Assembly (NCBI GenBank): GCA_038131935.1
Contig: JAYPQH010000001.1
Span: 35,545 to 99,544, forward strand
Direction: 5' to 3'
Origin: Alphaproteobacteria bacterium
GTDB taxonomy: Bacteria > Pseudomonadota > Alphaproteobacteria > UBA8317
Length of the DNA stretch: 64,000 nt
The notes under the pieces are model-generated. The model saw only the letters and a list, made by a program, of their open reading frames with translations. It did not search any database and had not been told where the DNA came from. This document shows, piece by piece, positions 52,666 through 64,000 of this stretch; within the stretch, counting starts at the first letter, position 1, and every line of letters starts with the position of its first letter. The position numbers were made by a program, and so were the translations under genes.

Positions 52666-52692
52666 TGAAAAAATGAAACCTTTGGAGTATTA

Positions 52693-54390
52693 ATGACAAC
52701 ATCTAACCCCACCATGGAAGAGTTTGAAACACTTCTGCAGCAATCATTCGAAGAAACATCTTTATACGAAGGCAACGTCGTCAAAGGGACGGTGATTGCC
52801 ATCGAAAATGATCAGGCCTTGATCGATATTGGATCAAAGACAGAAGGCCGGATTGACATGAAAGAATTCGCAGCTGATCAAGTTGAGAAGCCTCTCGCAA
52901 TAGGCGATGTCGTCGAGGTTTTCCTTGATCGCTTTGAAAACGCCCGTCACGAAGCCGTTCTTTCACGCGAGAAAGCACGTCGTGAGGAAGCTTGGGACAA
53001 ACTCGAAAAAGCATTTGAGGCTGGCGAGCGCGTCCAAGGAAATATTTTTGGCCGCGTAAAAGGTGGTTTCACGGTAGATTTATCTGGCGCCGTTGCGTTT
53101 TTACCTGGATCACAGGTGGACGTTCGCCCTGTTCGCGACGTGGCACCGTTGATGCACCAAATGCAACCGTTCCAAGTCCTAAAGATGGACCGCCGGCGCG
53201 GAAATATCGTTGTTTCAAGACGTGCGGTATTGGAAGAGGCTCGTGCTGAACAGCGCCAGGAATTGATTGACACATTGAGCGAAGGTGATATCCGTGACGG
53301 TGTTGTGAAAAACATCACAGACTATGGTGCCTTCGTGGATCTGGGCGGCGTGGATGGTTTGTTGCACGTTACCGATATGGCATGGCACCGTGTTAACCAT
53401 CCATCAGAAGTGGTCCAAATTGGTATGTCTGTTCGCGTCCAGGTTATTCGCGTCAACCAAGATACACAGCGCATCAGCTTAGGCATGAAACAGCTTCAGG
53501 AAGATCCATGGGACGGCGTTGCTGTTCGTTACCCATTGGAAGGAAAGTTTTCAGGTCGTGTGACAAATATCACCGATTATGGTGCGTTTGTTGAGCTTGA
53601 GCCTGGCATTGAAGGTCTTGTTCATGTTTCAGAAATGTCCTGGACAAAGAAAAACGTACATCCTGGAAAAATTGTTTCCACCTCACAAGAGGTTGATGTG
53701 ATGATCCTGGAAGTTGATTCCGAGAAACGTCGCATTAGTCTTGGCCTTAAGCAGGTTATGGAAAATCCATGGCAGGCTTTCGCTGACAAACATCCCGTTG
53801 GCAGTGAAATCGAGGGCGAAGTCCGCAACATTACCGAATTTGGTCTCTTCGTTGGACTCGAAGGTGATGTTGACGGAATGGTTCATCTCTCCGACATCGC
53901 ATGGGATAAGAGCGGTGAAGAAGCCATGGCGGACTACCATAAAAACACCGTTGTTCGCGCCAAGGTTTTAGATGTGGATGTAGAAAAAGAACGTATTAGT
54001 CTTGGCATCAAGCAGCTTGCTGAAGATCCATTTAAAGCTGGGATGGATGGACTCAAAAAAGGTGCAACAGTGACCTGTTCTGTTCTGGAAGTTACTGAAG
54101 GTGGACTGCGCGTCATGGTGAATGACAGTGTCGAAGGCTTTATTCGTCGGGCAGATCTATCACGTGATCGCTCAGAACAAAGGCCTGAAAGGTTCAGCGT
54201 AGGAGATCGTGTTGATGCACGCCTGCTGTCAATTGATAAAAACAGTAGAAACATCTCTCTATCCGTAAAAGCACTTGAAATCGCAGAAGAAAAAGAAGCT
54301 GTTGCTCAATATGGCTCTACCGAGTCAGGGGCATCACTGGGCGACATTCTTGGTGCTGCTCTTAATAGAGATGACACAAATAACGGCTAA
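52693..54390 (+). CDS. rpsA: 30S ribosomal protein S1
   Basis: Six S1 repeats (AFLPGSQVD, YGAFVDLGGVDGLLH, GLVHVSEMSW). Confidence 0.98.
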   Translation: MTTSNPTMEEFETLLQQSFEETSLYEGNVVKGTVIAIENDQALIDIGSKTEGRIDMKEFAADQVEKPLAIGDVVEVFLDRFENARHEAVLSREKARREEAWDKLEKAFEAGERVQGNIFGRVKGGFTVDLSGAVAFLPGSQVDVRPVRDVAPLMHQMQPFQVLKMDRRRGNIVVSRRAVLEEARAEQRQELIDTLSEGDIRDGVVKNITDYGAFVDLGGVDGLLHVTDMAWHRVNHPSEVVQIGMSVRVQVIRVNQDTQRISLGMKQLQEDPWDGVAVRYPLEGKFSGRVTNITDYGAFVELEPGIEGLVHVSEMSWTKKNVHPGKIVSTSQEVDVMILEVDSEKRRISLGLKQVMENPWQAFADKHPVGSEIEGEVRNITEFGLFVGLEGDVDGMVHLSDIAWDKSGEEAMADYHKNTVVRAKVLDVDVEKERISLGIKQLAEDPFKAGMDGLKKGATVTCSVLEVTEGGLRVMVNDSVEGFIRRADLSRDRSEQRPERFSVGDRVDARLLSIDKNSRNISLSVKALEIAEEKEAVAQYGSTESGASLGDILGAALNRDDTNNG

Positions 54391-54401
54391 CTTGGTCGCA
54401 T

Positions 54402-54437
54402 TGTTAAAGCCCCTACCATAGTAGAGGGGCTTTAACA
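54402..54437. terminator. Strong hairpin after rpsA (terminator or processing site)
   Basis: 13-bp perfect stem TGTTAAAGCCCCT / AGGGGCTTTAACA. Confidence 0.7.
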
Positions 54438-54510
54438 TGTACTTAGTGATTGACCTTACAGCGGTTTTCGCTAGTCTTTATAGAAAAGTACCAGGGAGAA
54501 ACCAGTAATC

Positions 54511-54795
54511 ATGATAAGATCAGAGTTGGTAAAGCGCGTCGCATTGCGCAATCCGCATCTCTATCAAAGAGATATTGAGTTAATCGTAGACACATTTTTT
54601 GAGTCAATTACGCGCGCATTGTCCCAAGGACAGCGTGTTGAGTTACGTGGGTTTGGAACATTTTCACCACGTGTTAGGGAAGCTCGAGAAGGCCGGAATC
54701 CCCGCACTGGAGAAAGTGTGCAAGTTGGTAAAAAAGTTGTACCATTCTTCCGTTCTGGCAAAGATATTAAAGCGCGCCTGAACCGCGAAAACTGA
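54511..54795 (+). CDS. ihfB: Integration host factor beta
   Basis: [29 protein letters not shown]. Confidence 0.95.
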   Translation: MIRSELVKRVALRNPHLYQRDIELIVDTFFESITRALSQGQRVELRGFGTFSPRVREAREGRNPRTGESVQVGKKVVPFFRSGKDIKARLNREN

Positions 54796-54812
54796 TAAAA
54801 AAAAGGGCATTT

Positions 54813-55082
54813 ATGGTAAGAATTATCAAACTCTGTTTCTCCGGCGTTGTCGCTCTTATCATGGTACTTCTTGCACTCGCCAATAGACATGACATCCCCT
54901 TATACCTCGATCCATTTAGGCCCTATGAACCAGGGGCTCCTGTGGTTGATGTAAACCTGGCAACGCTCATTTTTTGTGTATTTATTCTGGGTTTGATCAT
55001 AGGAAGCGTCATGATGTGGTTTATGCAAGGTGACTATAGGCGTCAGTTAAAGCGTAACAACCGTCAGCATCCTGCATCATGA
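54813..55082 (+). CDS. lapA: LapA/DUF1049 family membrane protein
   Basis: ALANR...LDPF...GLIIG; follows ihfB. Confidence 0.75.
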   Translation: MVRIIKLCFSGVVALIMVLLALANRHDIPLYLDPFRPYEPGAPVVDVNLATLIFCVFILGLIIGSVMMWFMQGDYRRQLKRNNRQHPAS

Positions 55083-55726
55083 TTCAGGTGAAGATATGTG
55101 GCTTACGTGAGACGGACCACGTCTTATGTGCCATTGAGTCAGGCGTTAGGATGCTTGGTTTTGTCTTTGTGGAAGCCTCACCACGATATATAAAACCCGA
55201 AGATGCAAAGCCATTGGTTTATATGGTGCCGGAAGATTCTATTGCAGTTGGGTTATTTGCCGATCATAGCTGCGCACAAATCAAAAAGGTTCTGGAAACT
55301 GTTCCCATAGGTATTCTTCAACTCCATGGCCAGGAAAGCCCAGAAGATGTGTCACGCATTAAAGATGCAACAGGTCTGCCTATCATGAAAGCTGTTGGCA
55401 TTGCAGATATCGATGATCTTAGGTCGGCCGAGCAATATATCGATGCTGACATTATTTTGTTTGACCATAAACCTGGCACAGGTCTCTCTGGTGGAACTGG
55501 GAAGACAGCTCCATGGCATATTGTTCGTCAATGGAACAATCAAAAGCCCTACATGCTTGCAGGTGGGTTACATAAAGGAAATTTAGCCGCGGCTTATGAA
55601 GCCACAAACGCGCAAATGTATGATGTGTCATCTGGCGTAGAAGTGCGTCGTGGTGTTAAAGACTGTGCGCTAATACGGGATTTTATGGCTGTCGCCCAAA
55701 ATTTGGAGAAAAACCATGACCGCTGA
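55079..55726 (+). CDS. trpF: Phosphoribosylanthranilate isomerase
   Basis: VKICGL, GFVF..SPR, QLHG.E, GGTG, LAGGL, DVSSGVE. Confidence 0.95.
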   Translation: MIQVKICGLRETDHVLCAIESGVRMLGFVFVEASPRYIKPEDAKPLVYMVPEDSIAVGLFADHSCAQIKKVLETVPIGILQLHGQESPEDVSRIKDATGLPIMKAVGIADIDDLRSAEQYIDADIILFDHKPGTGLSGGTGKTAPWHIVRQWNNQKPYMLAGGLHKGNLAAAYEATNAQMYDVSSGVEVRRGVKDCALIRDFMAVAQNLEKNHDR

Positions 55727-56945
55727 ACATATCGCACAACTTAATAGTTTTCTTCATGGGCCTGATGCCCAGGGGCATTTTGGAGCTTTTGGCGGTCGCT
55801 ACGTAGCTGAAACCCTCATGCCTTTGATACTCGAATTGGAAACAGAGTATCGCAAAGCCCAGCAAGATAGCGAATTTCTTGCACAAATGGACGAACTCAT
55901 GCGCGATTTTGTTGGGCGTCCGAGTCCGTTATATTTTGCGGAACGACTCACCGAATATTGTGGCGGCGCAAAGATCTATTTCAAAAGAGACGAACTGAAT
56001 CACACAGGTGCACACAAAATCAACAACTGCATTGGGCAAATTCTTTTGGCCAAACGTATGGGGAAAACAAGAATTATCGCCGAAACGGGAGCAGGCCAGC
56101 ATGGTGTTGCGACAGCAACCGTGGCGGCACGGTTTGGTTTAAAAGCTCATATTTTTATGGGTGCTACCGATGTTGAGCGGCAAAAACCCAATGTTTTTAG
56201 AATGAAGTTGCTTGGAGCAGATATTATTCCTGTTACCTCTGGAACGGGAACGCTTAAAGATGCAATGAATGAAGCATTACGTGATTGGGTCGCGAATGTT
56301 GACTCCACTTTTTACATTATTGGTACGGCAGCAGGACCACATCCTTATCCAGAAATGGTACGTGACTTTCAGTCCGTTATTGGCAAAGAAGCACGGGCAC
56401 AAATCCTTGAAAAGGAGGGACGCCTCCCCGATCGGGTATATGCTTGTATCGGTGGTGGCTCAAATGCTCTTGGATTATTCCATGGATTTTTAGACGATAA
56501 AGACGTGGCATTGTTTGGTGTTGAAGCAGCAGGCCATGGGCTTTCAACATCTGCGCATGCTGCATCTATTACAGGTGGTCGCACCGGTGTATTGCACGGC
56601 AATAAGACATATCTGTTGATGGATGAGGATGGTCAAATTACCGATGCCCATTCCATCTCCGCAGGGTTGGACTATCCCGGTATTGGACCTGAACATGCTT
56701 GGCTTCACGAAAATGGACGTGTGCATTACCTCTCAGCAACTGATGATGAAGCTCTTCAAGCTTTTCAGGATTGTTGTCGTTTGGAGGGTATCATACCCGC
56801 GTTAGAACCATCCCATGCCCTCGCGCGCGTGATGGAAGACGCGCGATCATTATCAAAAGATGACGTGATTATTCTCAACATGTGTGGCCGCGGTGACAAA
56901 GACATATTCACGGTGGCTGATGCGTTGGAAGTGGAGATTGGGTAA
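55716..56945 (+). CDS. trpB: Tryptophan synthase beta
   Basis: [36 protein letters not shown]. Confidence 0.98.
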   Translation: MTAEHIAQLNSFLHGPDAQGHFGAFGGRYVAETLMPLILELETEYRKAQQDSEFLAQMDELMRDFVGRPSPLYFAERLTEYCGGAKIYFKRDELNHTGAHKINNCIGQILLAKRMGKTRIIAETGAGQHGVATATVAARFGLKAHIFMGATDVERQKPNVFRMKLLGADIIPVTSGTGTLKDAMNEALRDWVANVDSTFYIIGTAAGPHPYPEMVRDFQSVIGKEARAQILEKEGRLPDRVYACIGGGSNALGLFHGFLDDKDVALFGVEAAGHGLSTSAHAASITGGRTGVLHGNKTYLLMDEDGQITDAHSISAGLDYPGIGPEHAWLHENGRVHYLSATDDEALQAFQDCCRLEGIIPALEPSHALARVMEDARSLSKDDVIILNMCGRGDKDIFTVADALEVEIG

Positions 56946-57745
56946 TGAGTCGACTAGAAGTTACGTTTTCAGCGCTTAAATCCCAACAAAAAACTGGCTT
57001 GGTTACCTATATCATGGCGGGAGATGGGGGCAGAGACATCACAGAGCATCTTCTTCAAGGTTTGCCCAAAGCCGGTGCAGACATTATAGAATTGGGCATG
57101 CCTTTTACAGACCCCATGGCGGATGGACCATCCATTCAAAAAGCAGCCAATAGATCCCTGGCCTCTGGGACCACGCTTGAGAAAACCCTTCAATATGCAG
57201 CCTTTGCGCGCCAACATCATCCAAACACTCCTATTATCCTGATGGGGTATTACAATCCCATTTTTGTTATGGGTGAAGATCTGTTCATTGAAAAAGCAGC
57301 GTCGGCCGGTGTTGATGGACTGATCATCGTGGACCTTCCTCCAGAGGAGGACCAAACATTGCGCACTCATGCGACCAAGCATGGGATAAGCATGATACGC
57401 CTCACGACACCCACAACAAATGATACAAGACTTAATGATGTACTCGAACATGCTGGTGGGTTTATCTATCATGTCTCCGTTAAAGGTATTACAGGCAGTC
57501 AATCCGCGAAGGATGAAGAATTAGCGGAAGACCTTCGCCGCATTAAGGCGCGCACAGCACTTCCTGTCGCCATTGGTTTTGGTATTCGCACCCCAGAGCA
57601 GGCAAGAAGCTACGCTCAATTTGCTGATGCCGTCGTTGTGGGCTCCGCTTTGGTAGAGAAACTTGATGTGCCAAATCCCACACAAGAACATAGCCAAGCA
57701 CTTCTTGATCAAGTTCGAACATTAAGAGAGGCTTTGGATCGATGA
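56945..57745 (+). CDS. trpA: Tryptophan synthase alpha
   Basis: ELGMPFTDPMADGPSIQ, MGYYNP, VDLP, GITG, GFGI, VVGSA. Confidence 0.97.
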   Translation: MSRLEVTFSALKSQQKTGLVTYIMAGDGGRDITEHLLQGLPKAGADIIELGMPFTDPMADGPSIQKAANRSLASGTTLEKTLQYAAFARQHHPNTPIILMGYYNPIFVMGEDLFIEKAASAGVDGLIIVDLPPEEDQTLRTHATKHGISMIRLTTPTTNDTRLNDVLEHAGGFIYHVSVKGITGSQSAKDEELAEDLRRIKARTALPVAIGFGIRTPEQARSYAQFADAVVVGSALVEKLDVPNPTQEHSQALLDQVRTLREALDR

Positions 57746-58668
57746 ATTGGATTACTGACTATGTCAAACCTCGCATAAAGGCTGTACTTTCAAACCGTAC
57801 CGAAACAGAAAAAGAAATGTGGACGCGGTGCGAAGGATGTAGCCAAATGGTTTTTCATTCGGACATGCGCGACAATCTTGAAGTATGTCCCTTATGCGGT
57901 CACCACGCCCGTATTCGCCCCGAAAAGCGCTATGAACATCTATTTGATCATGGATCCTACGACCTTATTCCGTATGATGAGCCAGAACGTGATCCATTGA
58001 AGTTTCGTGATTTGCGTCGTTATACTGACCGCATGAAAGAGGCCCGAACGGCAACAGGATTACAAGATTGCGCAGTACCCGCTAGGGGTCTTTTAGGGGG
58101 ACATGATACGGTCATGTTCGCCCATGATTTTTCATTTATGGCTGGCTCCATGGGAATGGCATTAGGCAATGCATTTTTAAATGCAGCCGAAGTTGCGCTC
58201 AAAAACCACATACCCTTTATTGCATTTCCCTCTGCTGGGGGTGCAAGAATGCAAGAGGGAATTCTCTCACTCATGCAAATGCCCCGCACGACAGTAGCCA
58301 TTCAAAAACTGCAAGATGCTGGCATTCCTATTATCATGGTGTTGACCAATCCAACCACTGGTGGCGTCACAGCCTCTTATGCCATGTTAGGTGATATACA
58401 AATTGCTGAACCCAAAGCCCTCATTTGCTTTGCTGGGCCGCGGGTTATTGAACAAACAATCCGTGAGAAGCTACCAGACGGGTTCCAGCGAGCCGAATAT
58501 CTCCTTAGCCATGGCATGATTGATCGTGTGGTGGACAGACGTCATATGCGCGATGAGTTAATTGGTATACTCAATATATTACGCGGCCCAGCTTTACCTC
58601 AAATCGACGCAAATGATATTGCAACTGAGCCCGACAATGAACAGCAGCCAACTACTGAAACAAGCTGA
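57742..58668 (+). CDS. accD: Acetyl-CoA carboxylase carboxyltransferase beta
   Basis: C4 zinc finger, [30 protein letters not shown]. Confidence 0.97.
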   Translation: MNWITDYVKPRIKAVLSNRTETEKEMWTRCEGCSQMVFHSDMRDNLEVCPLCGHHARIRPEKRYEHLFDHGSYDLIPYDEPERDPLKFRDLRRYTDRMKEARTATGLQDCAVPARGLLGGHDTVMFAHDFSFMAGSMGMALGNAFLNAAEVALKNHIPFIAFPSAGGARMQEGILSLMQMPRTTVAIQKLQDAGIPIIMVLTNPTTGGVTASYAMLGDIQIAEPKALICFAGPRVIEQTIREKLPDGFQRAEYLLSHGMIDRVVDRRHMRDELIGILNILRGPALPQIDANDIATEPDNEQQPTTETS

Positions 58669-59894
58669 AGCCCTTTTCCCGCGGAAAATTGATATGAGCC
58701 TAGGGCGCCTAACCCACTTATTGGGTCGCCTGGGCAATCCTCATCACCGGCTTCCCCCCATCATTCACGTCGCTGGCACCAATGGTAAGGGATCTACTTG
58801 TGCGATGATCAGGGCTATGCTCCAAAGAGATGAGGCTTGATGTTCATGCTTATCAATCACCTCACCTGATAAGATTTCATGAGCGTATCATCATTCAAGG
58901 CCAGGAAATTGCCGAGACGGAACTATGTTGTCTCCTGACTCAGATGCTCGAAGCAAACGACAACCAACCTATCACATTTTTTGAATCTACGACTGCAGCT
59001 GCTTTCTCTGCATTTACCAAAACACCAGCTAACTGGCTTGTACTGGAAGTTGGATTAGGTGGACGACTCGATGCAACCAACTTGGCCTCAGGTCCTGGTG
59101 TAAGCGTGATAACCCCCATAGATATAGACCATCATGAGTTTCTAGGACATGACATCATGGGCATTGCTGCTGAAAAATTCGGCATCGCCCGAAAGGAGCG
59201 TCCTCTTATCGTTGGAAGACAACGCCCCGAGGTTAGCCAATGGATTGAAACAAAAGCCAAAGAGATGGGAATACAACACTATATTTTCGGCCGAGACTTT
59301 GATCTCCAAAATCAGATCTATAAAGATCAGTATGGTAGTCTTGATTTGGGCGTCCTTCCTCTAGCGGGGACGTTTCAGTATGACAATGCGGCTGTCGCAC
59401 TTGCCACAATACGTTTGGGGACCAGCTTAAATCTTCGTCATTCCACCGAAACACTCAAAGAAGGTCTCGCACAAACGAAATGGCCAGGGCGAATGCAAGA
59501 TATTACCCAGGCATACAACCTAAGCTTCCAAACAAACTATGAAACGGTAACATTAGACGGTGGGCATAATCCTCATGCAGGACGCGCCATGGCTGAATTT
59601 ATCAAAAAAAAGCAAGGGCCTATCGATCTCATACTAGGTCTACAGCCACATAAAGATGCACCAGGATACCTTCAATCTGTTGGTCCCCTCATCAACAATC
59701 TTATTCAAATTCCTTGTGACGAAAACCATCAGATTAATGACATGCCTCATCCTTGGAATTCACAACGTTGCAACAATTGGGATTTAGCCTGCCAAAGCTT
59801 ATCACAATGTAAAAAAGCCAGACACCTTGTTATATCTGGCTCTTTGTATTTGGTCGGTCATGTCCTTAAGCGCTTAGCTCCAGTGACCCCCTAG
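58637..59894 (+). CDS. folC: Folylpolyglutamate/dihydrofolate synthase; extra A near 58826
   Basis: [10 protein letters not shown], then [38 protein letters not shown]. Confidence 0.93.
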
Positions 59895-59905
59895 TAAGGT
59901 TAGGT

Positions 59906-60226
59906 TCAGACGCTCTCATCAATCCAGGAACTAATCTTACCCTTAGGTAATGCGCCTACTTTGGTTGCAGCCACATTGCCATCTTTAAAAATCATCAATG
60001 TAGGAATGCCCCGCACACCATACTTCACGGGGGTGCCTGGATTTTCATCAATGTTGATTTTAACAACACGAACACGGCCTTCCATCTCTCCAGCAATTTC
60101 TTCAAGCGCAGGAGCGATTTGCTTACAGGGCCCACACCACTCTGCCCAGAAATCAACCACAACAGGCACATCAGCCTGTAATACGTCTTGTTCAAAACTA
60201 TCGTCTGAAACCTTAAGCGTCGTCAT
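59906..60226 (-). CDS. trxA: Thioredoxin
   Basis: [16 protein letters not shown]. Confidence 0.97.
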   Translation of the reverse strand: MTTLKVSDDSFEQDVLQADVPVVVDFWAEWCGPCKQIAPALEEIAGEMEGRVRVVKINIDENPGTPVKYGVRGIPTLMIFKDGNVAATKVGALPKGKISSWIDESV

Positions 60227-60451
60227 ATTGTCATCCTCAACTTACATCAAAATTTGCTTTGTACCTGCGGTCGTTTACGTAGATCTATTGTATCCAGAAT
60301 CCATGTAAATGATAATCGTTTTTCAAATAACTTCAACCGCATCCTTGTCCAGTTAGATTTGATGCTATCAAATCAGTCCTTGTCTTGTTCCCTTTTCTCA
60401 TCAGCTGATGAGTAATTTATGATTTAGACCCTGTGTGGGTCATGGTATACA

Positions 60452-63400
60452 TCAAAGCACTTGTATCATTTCTTGTCTATCAAGATAGACCAGAACCCCA
60501 CATGTTTGCTTCCCAAGACATGCACAATATCGTTCCACTTGCTCTTGATGTTCCACTCTAGGCTCACCTGTTTTTAATTCAACAACGATCCAATTTTCTT
60601 TATCATCCCGCATGACAATGTCAGCAAAATACAAATGCCCATCGCCTGTTGCCAATGGATGTTCTATAAAAACTTCATGATTATACCATCCTTGCTGCTG
60701 GCATAACTTCGCAAACCAGTTAAGAATAGGGTCTTGATCATCAACAGATAAGCCTAATTTTATAATATCTTGTGCTCTGTGATGATAAGAAACCCCTCGC
60801 TGAGCCGCTTGTGATGACTTTTCAGACATGTCCATAAGTGGCCGCATAGGGGTTGCAGATACAATGGGGATATCTTTGTTTGGATAAGGAATCCCAGATT
60901 GAGAGGGCTTAAGCTGTTTTTTTTCTTCCTTACTGTCCCCTTTATATTCATACACAAATCTTCCATCTGAGGCGTAACAAGCACCCAGCTGTCCTAAGGC
61001 AGCTTCTGCACGATGATACCAACTCCCCTCAGGTACGCTAACCTCAGCCAGCTTGGATTTCTTGCGGCCAGGCCCTGCAACAATAAGATGACTTTTGGCG
61101 CGAGTTGCGGCGACATAAAACAATCGGAGGTCTTCATCTGCTTTGTGCTGTTTACGTGAAGACATACTTTCATTGAGAACATCAGGAAGAGGCGTGCCTT
61201 CAGCTACATGGGTATAAAGAAATTTCCCACCCTCCACCTCGGTCGTATGAGGAGATTTTTTCTTTGATATATCAGCGGTCGCGTCAAGTATAATCACAAG
61301 CCGAGCCTCTCTCCCCTTTGCACCATGAACCGTTGTTAATTGAACCAGATCATCTTGATGAGAAACTTCGCGTTTAATATCTGTTTGATCGTTACGTAAT
61401 TCGGCTGCAAGCGTCATCGGATCTACAATACCATCGAAAACCATTTCATGAAGCTTGTCTAAGATCAGCTCTAATAAGACATAACTTGATGGACCATATC
61501 GAACATGTGCGACCACAGCATGCAAATCATGTAAGAAGAAGCGCTCTAGGGCTGACAAAATACCATCAGATTGAACACAAATGCGCAGATTTTGAAGCCT
61601 TTGCGATATGTCAGGGAGCATGAGTTGGCATTGTTCCCAAAGCGACCTACCTTCATCAATACGATCCAAGCTAAGCATCATTAACTGATCTTCACTCAGC
61701 CCCATAAAACTTGACCTCAGGACAGCCGCTAAATTCATGTCATCAAATTCATAGGCAAGCCAGCGCAATAAAGACACAACATCTCGACAGAGAATTTCAT
61801 CAGACAGCAGCAAACGGTCTGCACCCGAACAGGGGATATTTTTTGCATGAAGCGCTCTGGTCATCTCACGTAACAAAGCGCCTCGCTTACGAAATAAAAT
61901 AAAAACATCTTTAGGTCGCAACTGAGGCCCACCACACTCAGGATGTTCTGCGGACAACTGCCCAGATAACCATTCTGCAAGCTCCTGACATAGTATGACT
62001 GCAGGTGAAATTCGGGCATATCTGTTGACCGGGTTACTCCATGGATCAGATTCAGGAGGCTGCTGTAATGAAGGCAAAGGCCATAAATCTACGCGTCCTG
62101 GTGCATCACCCATAAACAACTCATGATGAACTTCCCGCCTGGACCTGCAATTTTTCTGCGGTGGCTGGGTCTTGAAAGAGCGCATCAACAAATTCGAGTA
62201 TGGGTTTAGAGGAACGAAAAGATACCGGCAGAGCTTGGTTCTGGGCGGAAGAATATGGATAAATTTTGCGATCAATAAAGTGATTGCGGACATCTATGAA
62301 GCTTTCTGGCGAAGCGCCCTGGAATCCATAAATAGATTGTTTAACATCACCAACAACAAAAACAGTTTTGCCCTCTGGAGCATGAAAGATATCCTCCATA
62401 AGGATTGAAATGATATTCCAAGCGGGTAGAGATGTATCTTGCGCTTCATCGAGCATCAAATGATTGATTTTACCATCTAAAACCCATCTCACAAAATCCT
62501 TATCAGAAGCCTGGGCAAGGAGATGTTGGGCATAATGGATCAAATCGTCAAAATCAATTACAGATTGTTTTTCTTTCTCTTTTTCCCATAAGAGCTGACG
62601 AAGGGCACCCAAGCGCCTAAGGTCAGCATGCTCTTTCCCAAGTTGCGCCAGAACCTCTTGAGACAAAAGCGACATAAACAAGTCCTGAAGAGCGAAGAAG
62701 TCGTTATCTATGTCTTTCGCAAGTGACTTGAGCGGCTGACCTGCCTTGGTCAGAAATAAACGAGTTAGGTGGCTCAAAGGATATTTGTTACAACAATAGT
62801 CTTGGCCCACTTGAAAAAATTGCTGCGTTTTTTTGCCTTTGTGGTCTTTTATAGCCTGTAGAAAGTCTTGTAATTGCTGATCAAAATTTATCCGCTGCAT
62901 CTCATCAACAGATGCAGCAGTGGGCATCTCAGCTGCATTTTTAGGCTGTAAATGGCGTATCAATGTGAACAAGGTTGATGCGCCATGTCGCGCTTCAAAA
63001 TAAGCACATGCTTCCTCGCCTCCTTTCATATTTTTGATATGCTGAAACAATTGCTGATCAGCGCGCATATTTATGTCTCGAAGCTCGTTTTCATTGGCAA
63101 GCCGACTACCAGCTGGTAATCCCGCCTCTTCCGGAAACAGCGCCAAGAGCCGTTGAGCAAAACCATGTATGGTTTCTATGTAAGGTCCAGGCTGTTCCAA
63201 AACATTCGAAAATAGTTGCCTTGCACGAATAATCATATCATCCGTAGGTGGGGACCCAGTCAGACGTGCCAATTCTTTTATAAGCAGATCATCATCAAAC
63301 ATCACCAATACACGCAAGCGCTGTCGCAACCGTTCAATCATTTCTACAGCTGCAGCCTTGGTATAGGTCAAACATTGTATCGTTGAGGGCTCCGAACCTT

Positions 63401-63530
63401 GCAACATGAGCCGCACAATACGATCAACCAAAACCGTTGTTTTTCCAGACCCTGCATTTGCCATAACAAAAAATGATTTATGTGGGTCAGCGGCATTTCG
63501 TTGGGCTGGTAATGGAGCGGGTAAAGTCAT
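60452..63530 (-). CDS. addA: Helicase-nuclease AddA; frameshift near 62135
   Basis: ANAGSGKT, TYTKAAA, TIHGF, DEAQD, VGDVKQSIYGFQGA, FRS; then TVHGAKGREA, YVAATRA, D..ELKTG nuclease. Confidence 0.92.
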
Positions 63531-64000
63531 GTGTCCTGCTCCATGGACCACTCATCAAAACGTGCAATTTGCTCTACAAGATCATGAAATCCCTCTTCAC
63601 GCTTGGGCGCAACACGACTTGCAAATGGTAAATTAGGGTCAAAGAATTGCCTGATACGTTGTCGCAAACGGGATTCCAAGTCGACAATTAACTGGTCTAT
63701 ATTCTCAATTTTTAACCGAGCCGAAACCATTGGTTTTAATCTATTTTCAGGCAAGTGGATATAAACAAGTTCATCAATATGATGGCCTTGCTCACGTAAT
63801 ATCATCGCCGTCACTGACAGTTGCGGAGACAAATGACTTGAAACCATATCTGCCGTTGGCAATGCCCCCGTTTTGTAATCAACAACACGCAACCAGCCCC
63901 TCGCGTCACGATCAACACGGTCGACTTTCCCATAAATATGAATGGGTAAGTTATCGACCTCCCAGTCCAAACTTAATGGCTCCTCAACCAAAAAATCTCT
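63527..64000 (-). CDS. addB: AddB nuclease subunit, C-terminal part (5' end outside window)
   Basis: GKVDRVD, VDYKTG, SPQL, ARFDEW; coupled to addA. Confidence 0.85.
   Translation of the reverse strand, partial: RDFLVEEPLSLDWEVDNLPIHIYGKVDRVDRDARGWLRVVDYKTGALPTADMVSSHLSPQLSVTAMILREQGHHIDELVYIHLPENRLKPMVSARLKIENIDQLIVDLESRLRQRIRQFFDPNLPFASRVAPKREEGFHDLVEQIARFDEWSMEQDT

Noticed and set aside
60397-60445. Hammerhead ribozyme or fluoride riboswitch suggested by CTGATGAG / GCTGATGA
   Set aside because: No stem II followed by GAAA, and no fluoride-riboswitch 5' motif at suitable spacing on either strand.
51889-63530. cmk, folC and addA as pseudogenes or programmed frameshifts
   Set aside because: Single-base indels with otherwise intact motifs in core genes; assembly error is more parsimonious.

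Overview
64 kb of an alphaproteobacterial chromosome of moderate GC; the gene content suggests an aquatic heterotroph (inference). Left arm (1-17.7 kb): ABC1 kinase, two OmpA lipoproteins, gapR, glycerate kinase with glcDEF, lipid A acyltransferase, rpmJ, a MmgR/suhB-type sRNA, hisN, CIRCE-controlled groESL and four tRNAs. Middle (about 17.7-41.9 kb, directly after tRNA-Phe): a ~24 kb accessory catabolic region with a Liv-type ABC transporter, CnbZ-like deaminase, lactonase-like amidohydrolases, SDR, amidase, VOC, MmgE/PrpD, a non-canonical ICL/PEP-mutase enzyme, TauD dioxygenase, two crotonases, CoA ligase, MFS, AzlCD, an alkaline-phosphatase-family enzyme, a tandem pair of paralogous membrane proteins and a DapA-like aldolase. 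It has no intact regulator or integrase. Right arm: core genes rnd-kdsD-lptCAB-hpf-ptsN (no rpoN), a small GC-rich island scar at tRNA-Ala (XRE gene, hsdM-like stub, IS3 end), aroA-cmk-rpsA-ihfB-lapA-trpFBA-accD-folC, trxA and addAB. About a dozen genes, including core ones, carry single-base indels mostly in homopolymers, best read as long-read consensus errors. All family calls come from motif recognition by eye; no database searches were run.
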